NCBI GenBank assembly: GCA_045636145.1
Contig: JAZTWV010000045.1
Span: 5,800 to 69,799 of the forward strand
Length of the DNA stretch: 64,000 bases
Reading direction: 5' to 3'
From: Candidatus Flemingiibacterium sp.
GTDB taxonomy: Bacteria; Bacillota; Clostridia; Oscillospirales; CAG-272
Both the position numbers and the translations under genes were made by a program. Positions 57,379 to 64,000 of this stretch are shown here, piece by piece. Within the stretch, counting starts at the first letter, position 1. The number at the start of each line of letters is the position of its first letter. The notes beneath the pieces are model-generated. The model was given only the letters and a program-made list of their open reading frames with translations. It was not told where the DNA came from and did not search any database.

Positions 57379-57411
57379 GCACGCCGACGTTAAGTCGGCG
57401 TGTGGTTTTTT
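57379..57411 (+). terminator. Intrinsic terminator after uppP
   Basis: GCACGCCGAC / GTCGGCGTGT followed by a T-tract. Confidence 0.75.
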
Positions 57412-57544
57412 CTGTTAGAAGCTTAATTTTTTGCAAGAAACGCTGTGTGAATGTCAAAATATACATCAATTGGTAAAAGCATGCTGCAAAAATTGTGCTA
57501 AACCGAAAAAGTTTTTAAATTGACGAGAATTTCACAAATTTGTG

Positions 57545-57573
57545 TTGATAAAATTCCATAAATGTGGTAAAAT
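57545..57573 (+). promoter_or_regulatory. Sigma-A promoter of pgk-tpiA
   Basis: TTGATA(57545)-17-TAAAAT(57568) with TGn. Confidence 0.65.
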
Positions 57574-57647
57574 ATTCTTTGATTGCAGAGTGCTTTGCTT
57601 ATGCGATCCACAATACACAGTAAAATTTTTTATAGGGGTGAAAATAT

Positions 57648-58940
57648 ATGTACAACAAGAAATCCGTAGAAGATATCGCGGTTGCAGGCAAGAGAGTTCT
57701 TTGCCGCTGCGATTTCAATGTGCCCGTAAAGGATGGTGTTATTACCGATGATAAGCGTATCGTCGGTGCTATGAAGACCATCAAATATCTCGTTGACAAC
57801 GGAGCTAAGGTTATTCTCTGCTCTCATATGGGAAGACCTCACAATGTTCTTGACGCAGAGCTTAAGCTTGATAAGAAAGAAAAGAAGAAGATCGAAGCTC
57901 TTCCTGCTGAGGAGCAGGAGGCTGCAAAGGCGGCGGCTCTTGAAAAGGGCAAGGGCGACATCACAAAGCTTTCTCTTAAGATCGTTGCTGATGACCTTAT
58001 TAAGAAGGGCATCAACGTAACTCTTGCAAAGGATGTTGTAGGTCCTGATGCACAGGCTAAGGCTGCGGCTCTTAAGGACGGCGAGGTTCTCCTTCTTGAA
58101 AATGTTCGTTTCCATGCGGCTGAGGAAAAGAATGAGCCTGAGTTTGCTAAGGCTCTCGCAAGTCTTGCTGACATTTACGTAAACGATGCATTCGGTACTG
58201 CTCACAGAGCACACGCATCTACTGCCGGTGTTGCAGATTATCTTGATACCGCAGTTTGCGGCTACCTTATTCAGAAGGAAATTGAGATAATGGGCAAGGC
58301 TCTTGAGGATCCGGTAAGACCTTTCGTTGCTATTCTCGGCGGTGCAAAGGTATCCGACAAGATCGGTGTTATCAACAATCTTCTCAACAAGTGCGATACT
58401 ATCATCATCGGCGGCGGTATGGCATACACCTTCTTCAAGGCTATGGGTCTGCCGATCGGTACTTCCATTTGCGAGCACGACAAGCTTGATCTTGCAAAGG
58501 ATCTTATAGCAAGAGCGAAGGAAAAGGGCGTAAACTTCCTTCTCCCTGTTGACAACAAGATCGGTCGCGAGTACAAGGAAGATACCGTTTGCATGGAAAT
58601 CTACAGCGATTCCATTCCGGACGGTTGGATGGGTCTTGATATCGGTGAAAAGACCGAAGAGCTTTTCTCAAAGTCTCTCGTAGGCGCAGGCACTGTTATC
58701 TGGAACGGTCCTATGGGTGTTTCCGAGTGGGAAAACTTTGCGTCCGGTACTCGTTCTGTAGCTAAGGCTATTGCAGAGTCCGGTGCTATCTCCATCATCG
58801 GCGGCGGCGACTCCGCGGCGGCTGTAGAGACTCTCGGCTACGCTGACAAGATGACTCACGTTTCCACCGGTGGCGGTGCTTCCCTTGAATTCCTTGAGGG
58901 ACTTGAGCTTCCCGGCATCGCGTGCCTCAACGAAAAATAA
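57648..58940 (+). CDS. pgk: Phosphoglycerate kinase (with ~36-aa insertion)
   Basis: [62 protein letters not shown]. Confidence 0.98.
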   Translation: MYNKKSVEDIAVAGKRVLCRCDFNVPVKDGVITDDKRIVGAMKTIKYLVDNGAKVILCSHMGRPHNVLDAELKLDKKEKKKIEALPAEEQEAAKAAALEKGKGDITKLSLKIVADDLIKKGINVTLAKDVVGPDAQAKAAALKDGEVLLLENVRFHAAEEKNEPEFAKALASLADIYVNDAFGTAHRAHASTAGVADYLDTAVCGYLIQKEIEIMGKALEDPVRPFVAILGGAKVSDKIGVINNLLNKCDTIIIGGGMAYTFFKAMGLPIGTSICEHDKLDLAKDLIARAKEKGVNFLLPVDNKIGREYKEDTVCMEIYSDSIPDGWMGLDIGEKTEELFSKSLVGAGTVIWNGPMGVSEWENFASGTRSVAKAIAESGAISIIGGGDSAAAVETLGYADKMTHVSTGGGASLEFLEGLELPGIACLNEK

Positions 58941-58955
58941 TAATTATATATAAAT

Positions 58956-58992
58956 ACCGTAGGGGCGGATTCCATATCCGCCCACGGTTTTT
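58956..58992 (+). repeat. GTAG-type REP-like palindrome between pgk and tpiA
   Basis: GTAG + GGGCGGAT-TCCAT-ATCCGCCC, extended by ACCGT/ACGGT and followed by Ts. Confidence 0.5.
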
Positions 58993-59016
58993 GAACTACC
59001 GAAAGGAACATAAAAA

Positions 59017-59784
59017 ATGAATAAGGCAACAAGAAAAACTGTTATCGCAGGCAATTGGAAGATGAATATGACTCCCGATGCGGCATCCGCGTTTATGAAG
59101 GAGCTTGCTCCTATGGTGGCTGGCAAAGACGAGTGCGATATCGTGCTCTGCGTACCTGCGGTTGATATTGCCGCGGCTGTTGAAGCTGTAAAGGGTACAA
59201 ACATAAAGATCGGTGCACAGAATGTACATTTCAAGGCATCCGGTGCATACACAGGTGAGCTTTCCGCTGAGATGCTTACTGCGGCAGGCGTTAAGTACGT
59301 TGTTATCGGTCACTCCGAGCGCCGTCAGTATTTCGGCGAGACAGATCAGACCGTTAACCTCCGCACTCTCGCGGCTGTGAATGCGGGTCTCACCGCTATC
59401 GTTTGTGTTGGTGAAACTCTTGAGCAGAGAGAGCTTGGTTACACCGAGACACTTCTCAAGTTCCAGACCAAGATGGCTCTTACCAATGTAACAAAGGATC
59501 AGCTTAAGAATATTATAGTTGCATACGAGCCTGTATGGGCTATCGGAACAGGCGTTACCGCAACAGCAGATCAGGCTGACGAGGGCAACGGCTATGTTCG
59601 TGCGGCAATCGCAGAGATGTTCGGTGCTGATGTGGCAGAGACAGTTACCGTTCAGTACGGCGGCTCGATGAACGATGCCAATGCGGCAGAGCTTCTCTCC
59701 AAGGTAAATGTTGACGGCGGTCTCATCGGCGGCGCATCCCTTAAGACAGACAAGTTTACCGCTATTGTTGATGCGGCTCAGTAA
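59017..59784 (+). CDS. tpiA: Triosephosphate isomerase
   Basis: AGNWKMN, GHSERR, AYEPVWAIGTG, YGGS, GGLIGGASL. Confidence 0.98.
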   Translation: MNKATRKTVIAGNWKMNMTPDAASAFMKELAPMVAGKDECDIVLCVPAVDIAAAVEAVKGTNIKIGAQNVHFKASGAYTGELSAEMLTAAGVKYVVIGHSERRQYFGETDQTVNLRTLAAVNAGLTAIVCVGETLEQRELGYTETLLKFQTKMALTNVTKDQLKNIIVAYEPVWAIGTGVTATADQADEGNGYVRAAIAEMFGADVAETVTVQYGGSMNDANAAELLSKVNVDGGLIGGASLKTDKFTAIVDAAQ

Positions 59785-59798
59785 TCAGTAAAGATTTG

Positions 59799-59830
59799 AA
59801 AAACGCTGTGTGAAAACGCAGCGTTTTTTT
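59799..59830 (+). terminator. Intrinsic terminator after tpiA
   Basis: AAAAACGCTGTGT / ACGCAGCGTTTTTTT. Confidence 0.8.
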
Positions 59831-59925
59831 GCGAGAAAAGCAAATAATTTCACGGATAGGAATATAATCATACAATTTAGGCGATAATCATTGACAAATC
59901 ACGAATTTTGTGATAGAATGAAAAT

Positions 59926-60120
59926 GCCAAACCAACTGAATAATGTCGCAAGAACTATCTCTGTTTATATGGGATAGTTGTGCATTTGTGCGTTTTTATC
60001 GAAATTTGATAAAATACAAATTCCGGCTGAAAACGCGCAATTGTTCTTGCTGTTTCAGTTGGTTTGGCGACTATCGGAGTTTGTGTTTTTGTGCGCTTAC
60101 TGCGGTAGGCGCACTTTTTT
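59926..60120 (+). ncRNA. Candidate ~195-nt highly structured RNA with its own promoter and terminator
   Basis: TTGACA(59891)-17-TAGAAT(59914); perfect 15-bp stem 59926-59940/60054-60068; terminator GTGCGCTTAC/GTAGGCGCAC + T6. Confidence 0.65.
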
Positions 60121-60151
60121 ATTTTATAATTACTTTTGGAGGAAATAGAAG

Positions 60152-61708
60152 ATGAAAAAATTGGTGTTAGCTATTTTATTGATGTGTGTCATTTTTTTGA
60201 GTGTTCTCACAGGATGTGCTAAGGATAATGTAGGCGATAAAAATGGAGATATGTCTGTAGATAAGCAAGAATCAAATTTTGGAACAGATGCAGAAATAGA
60301 AAATATTGAAAACTCTGACTATATTGAAAAGATACCTTCTATTAAAAAAACAGTTACCGAGGTTGTCTACCAAGAGGTAACCCCGTATTTTGACAACAGA
60401 ATCTTAGTGAAACAAGCGGGCAAATACGGAATTATTGACAATTTGGGTAATATCATTATGCCAATAGCTCAACCATATACTATAAAACCATTAAATATGA
60501 ATGCGGTAGCATTTGTTGACAATAAAAAACTCGGTGTTTTATCACTAAGTGGCGAAGTACTGGTTCCGGCAATATATAATGATATTGACACTGTGAATGA
60601 GGATTTAATACGACTAAAGAAGACTAATATATATGAGAAAGACAGCTCTTCTTATGATGATATCAACAAGTTTTATTCTATAAAAAAAGGAGATTATTTA
60701 AATTTAGAAATCGTTGGTTATGTTGAAAATGTTGTTGCAGGTCAAGATTTCTTTATTATAACATATTCAACAAGAGAAAAACAAGACATGAGGAAAATAA
60801 TCACATTTGAGGGCGAAATAGTTGATATTGATGCAAACATTCCATCTTCCTATATAAAGATGGATCTAACGGGAGGAGGATCACGTTTCAACTACGGTAC
60901 AATATATAAGACTTCTAATAATAATGAGTATATAGTGTACCATAAACATTTAATAGATATTAACGGAAATACGGTAGTTGACCTTTCTGGTGAAGACTGT
61001 CATTTTGTTTTTGATGATAGCAGAGATTTTTGTTGTTCAGATGAAATAATAATATCAGAAAATATACAAGAAAGTGGAGAAAAAAATTACTATAACCATT
61101 ATGTATTTAATTTAATGACGTACGAAAAGAAAAAGATTGACGTGCTTGACGAGAATGCTTTAGTAACAGATGTAATGTCGAATGGTTTTTTTGAAATCAA
61201 CGTTTGGTATGAAGATATTTGGAATGATTATTATGGTTTGATGAACGACAAGTATGAAATTGTGCTAGAGCCAATATATGATGCTGTTGATGATTATGTT
61301 AATGGATATTGCCCCATAGAATTAAATGGATATATCGGTTTTGTTGATGAGAACGGAAACAGTTTCCCACCGCAAATACCAGAAGAAAATGTGGTAGAAG
61401 ATGATATATTCACATACTTGTATACGCCTCCTTATGGTAGAGGATCTTTAATAAATCCTCGTACAGGAGAAATCCTCCCATATGAAGAGGCGGATTTGAA
61501 GGATGATTTTGATGGCGCAGAAAAACTTGGGATTTTTGAAGCAATTTTGTGGGACGAAGATACTGGCGCAAAATATAAGAGCTTTGTTACGTGGGATGGA
61601 CCGATTGTTGAACACAAATTCCCTAACACAGAGATCAAGTTAAGCGATGACGGCAAAGTGGCGGTCTACAGTCAAGGTGCAGTATACACTATAGTAGAAT
61701 TAGAATAA
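60152..61708 (+). CDS. WG-repeat-like lipoprotein, AT-rich
   Basis: Lipobox LTGC, repeats KYGIIDNLG, KLGVLSLSG, YYGLMNDK, YIGFVDENG; visibly much lower GC than its neighbours. Confidence 0.78.
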   Translation: MKKLVLAILLMCVIFLSVLTGCAKDNVGDKNGDMSVDKQESNFGTDAEIENIENSDYIEKIPSIKKTVTEVVYQEVTPYFDNRILVKQAGKYGIIDNLGNIIMPIAQPYTIKPLNMNAVAFVDNKKLGVLSLSGEVLVPAIYNDIDTVNEDLIRLKKTNIYEKDSSSYDDINKFYSIKKGDYLNLEIVGYVENVVAGQDFFIITYSTREKQDMRKIITFEGEIVDIDANIPSSYIKMDLTGGGSRFNYGTIYKTSNNNEYIVYHKHLIDINGNTVVDLSGEDCHFVFDDSRDFCCSDEIIISENIQESGEKNYYNHYVFNLMTYEKKKIDVLDENALVTDVMSNGFFEINVWYEDIWNDYYGLMNDKYEIVLEPIYDAVDDYVNGYCPIELNGYIGFVDENGNSFPPQIPEENVVEDDIFTYLYTPPYGRGSLINPRTGEILPYEEADLKDDFDGAEKLGIFEAILWDEDTGAKYKSFVTWDGPIVEHKFPNTEIKLSDDGKVAVYSQGAVYTIVELE

Positions 61709-61890
61709 AGAGAATGGGTGTAAAACAACTGTTTAACACATTTTGGAGGGAATCAGAAATTAATAAAACAGTTCTCTGTATCTTGCTTATTATGACAGCT
61801 CGTTCAAACAGATTGTTTTGATGAATATATACGATTATTACTTTAAAATTCCTTAATCTCTCAAAATATGGCAAATGCAAAATGTTAAAG

Positions 61891-61924
61891 AAAGAGGATA
61901 CCGTTAGGTATCCCCTTTTCTTTT
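61891..61924 (+). terminator. Intrinsic terminator before the mnmA promoter
   Basis: AAAGAGGATACC / GGTATCCCCTTT followed by Ts. Confidence 0.65.
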
Positions 61925-61990
61925 ACCTTGACACATTTGCGTAAATGTGGTATACTTATTACATCAAAATTCCGTGAAAGGGGTGTGCGA

Positions 61991-63064
61991 ATGCCCGAAA
62001 AGATACTTGTAGCCATGAGCGGCGGAGTGGACAGCTCCGTTGCGGCTTATCTTATAAAAAAACAGGGACTTCCAACAGTGGGAGTCACCTTGAAGCTTTT
62101 TTCAAACGATGATATAAATATGGATGAAGAAAAGACCTGCTGTTCGCTTTCGGATGCAGAGGATGCCAGAAGCGTTGCAGTGAGACTCGGTATGGAGCAC
62201 CATGTGTTTAATTTCAGAGATAATTTCAAAGAAAAGGTTATTGACAGATTTGTGTCTGCCTATGAATCGGGCGGCACTCCCAATCCGTGTATTGACTGTA
62301 ATCGCTTTATTAAATGGCGTCAGCTTCTCGCAAGGGCGGATATTATGGAATGCGGCAAAATCGCAACAGGGCATTACGCAAGAATTGAGCGAGACACAGC
62401 CGGAGGTAGAATGCTCCTGAAGCGTGCGGTGGATACGAGCAAGGACCAGACATATGTGCTGTACGCACTGACGCAGGAGCAGCTTTCAAGAACTATCCTT
62501 CCCCTTGGCGGACTTCTTAAAAATGAAGTCCGCGCCATAGCGGATGACCTCGGATTCATTAACGCGGACAAGCCGGACAGCCAGGATATATGCTTTGTCC
62601 CCGATGGTGATTATGCCGGATTTATCGAAAAATATACGGGAAGAACATCGACTCCCGGCAATTTTGTGGATGTCTGCGGCAATCTGTTGGGACGGCATAA
62701 GGGAATAATTCGGTATACCGTAGGTCAGAGGAAGGGGCTTGGCATTTCCTTTGGCAAACCCGTGTATGTAAGCGAAATAAACCCTGCTTCAAATACGGTT
62801 ACGCTTGCCGATGAGTCAGCGCTGTTTTCGCGAGTTCTCCATGCGAACGATATAAACCTTATTGCAGTTGACAGAATCAATCAGCCGCTTCGTGTTACAG
62901 CCAAGGTACGGTACAGCCATAAAGAATCCGCGGCGACTGTTTGGCAGACGGGTGATGATGAGATAAGGGTAGAGTTCGATGAGCCGCAGAGAGCCGTTAC
63001 GCGCGGTCAGGCAGTTGTGCTGTATTCGGGCGACGTGGTCATTGGCGGCGGCACCATACGTTAG
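61991..63064 (+). CDS. mnmA: tRNA-specific 2-thiouridylase
   Basis: AMSGGVDSS, TPNPCIDCN, ATGHYAR, KDQTY, DSQDICF, YTVGQRKGLG, GQAVVLY; promoter TTGACA(61928)-17-TATACT(61951). Confidence 0.97.
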   Translation: MPEKILVAMSGGVDSSVAAYLIKKQGLPTVGVTLKLFSNDDINMDEEKTCCSLSDAEDARSVAVRLGMEHHVFNFRDNFKEKVIDRFVSAYESGGTPNPCIDCNRFIKWRQLLARADIMECGKIATGHYARIERDTAGGRMLLKRAVDTSKDQTYVLYALTQEQLSRTILPLGGLLKNEVRAIADDLGFINADKPDSQDICFVPDGDYAGFIEKYTGRTSTPGNFVDVCGNLLGRHKGIIRYTVGQRKGLGISFGKPVYVSEINPASNTVTLADESALFSRVLHANDINLIAVDRINQPLRVTAKVRYSHKESAATVWQTGDDEIRVEFDEPQRAVTRGQAVVLYSGDVVIGGGTIR

Positions 63065-63355
63065 TTACGCAATGAGGTCGTAAATTATATCGTAAAGATG
63101 GCAGGGGTAGACATTGTGTGTACAAATAAGATTAAAAATATGCTCTGCCTCGTCGCGATTTACGGTCACATTCTCTACAGTTTCCGATTCCGCAGATGCG
63201 CCGTGTGAGAGACTCAAAGAAAAGGTATACGAGGTGCAGTGAAATTCTTTTTGCGGCATCAGTATCACCTCACAGCTAAGGCGTGCATTACAGCTTAAAG
63301 CTTTTGAACAGTAAAAAACGGGTGTTGGAGACGGATTGGGCGTATTTTTGTTCAT
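63065..63355 (-). CDS. Small hypothetical protein, DUF6514-like
   Basis: C-terminal VENVT.NRDEAEHIFNLI..HNVYPCHLYDIIYD pattern; AAAGGT upstream. Confidence 0.65.
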   Translation of the reverse strand: MNKNTPNPSPTPVFYCSKALSCNARLSCEVILMPQKEFHCTSYTFSLSLSHGASAESETVENVTVNRDEAEHIFNLICTHNVYPCHLYDIIYDLIA

Positions 63356-63796
63356 TTTTACAGATACCTTTCGGTTATTCGTATCTGCATACCGGTATGT
63401 AATTACAACAATATAATATCATATTTTACAGATGATGTAAAGCACAATCGGCGGCGTATTTCGACAATAAAGTGTGAAACATTCCCAAAATATGTCGAAT
63501 TTATTTGGGATATATGCAAAACCACTACCTTGCGGTGTAAAAATCACAAATAATACGTCGAAGTGACGATATTGTGCGCAGTGGTATTGCAAATTTATCA
63601 TATATTTGATATAATATACAGTGTATTTTGAATTTTGAGGTAAAAACAATGTTGTTTACGGTGATACTTGATATAGACGTCTCCCTCACCGATTTTTGCA
63701 GAGCCTAAGCGTTATTTTACGTTTGTCGGCGGAGGGTAATATAAAGGCTCTTATATATAAAAATAACATTCAAAAACGAAAGTGAAGGATAACAAT

Positions 63797-64000
63797 ATGG
63801 GTGCACAACTTACAAAAAACGATAAGCGTACTTGCTATGTTGCGGAGCTTTCCGCAAAGAATATCGGCGAGCGTGTCTGCCTTATGGGCTGGGTACAGCG
63901 TCAGCGTGACCTTGGCGGTCTTATTTTCGTTGACCTTCGTGACCGTTCCGGTATTATTCAGCTTGCATTTGACGACAACACCGATAAGGCAATATTCGAT
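63797..64000 (+). CDS. aspS: Aspartate--tRNA ligase, 5' part (truncated by window end)
   Basis: Manual translation [56 protein letters not shown] (OB-fold signature GWV..RRDLGG.IF.DLRD). Confidence 0.95.
   Translation, partial: MGAQLTKNDKRTCYVAELSAKNIGERVCLMGWVQRQRDLGGLIFVDLRDRSGIIQLAFDDNTDKAIFD

Noticed and set aside
57630-58478. 282-aa antisense ORF over pgk (and similar ones over ftsH, purL, the DUF5696-like gene and trkA)
   Set aside because: Same shadow-ORF effect from biased, highly expressed genes; no independent coding signal.
57438-59814. 14-bp direct repeat AAACGCTGTGTGAA flanking pgk-tpiA (57438-57451 and 59801-59814)
   Set aside because: Several exact 14-mer pairs are expected by chance in 64 kb. 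One copy is part of the terminator and the enclosed genes are core, so it is not a target-site duplication.
59943-60155. 70-aa ORF overlapping the structured RNA
   Set aside because: No RBS, it runs through a strong terminator, and the sequence is better explained by base-pairing.

Overview
Chromosomal window from a low-to-mid GC Firmicute. The gene set, Spo0A-like proteins and sigma-A promoters point to a spore-forming Clostridia (Oscillospirales/Ruminococcaceae-like) genome; this is an inference. Most of the window is housekeeping: gdpP-rplI-dnaB-tilS-hpt-ftsH, trmB, manA, ispD, a YtrA-type GntR/ABC operon, trkAH, mtaB-purL, rnhA, nifS-nifU, rplU-prp-rpmA, nnr, U32 peptidase-uppP, pgk-tpiA, mnmA and the start of aspS. 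I saw no rRNA, tRNA, CRISPR array, integrase or transposase. Highlights: (1) a 12-kb, 7-gene carbohydrate-ABC-like locus at 34316-46466 with a giant CBM-like/solute-binding fusion, two MalF/MalG permease pairs, an NHL-TPR-Yip1 protein and a ~1000-aa DUF5696-like protein, but no ATPase, hydrolase or regulator; (2) two tandem atypical Spo0A-like genes flanking tandem 0A boxes and an unannotated divergent transcript; (3) a 65-aa, 74% Asn/Gln microprotein with its own RBS, terminator and possible forespore promoter; (4) several structured non-coding RNA candidates (59926-60120, 46563-46735, 50110-50185, 63683-63751, 34112-34315); (5) a BlaR1-like gene with an internal RBS and lipoprotein signal. 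Family assignments come from motif recognition by eye; no database searches were run.
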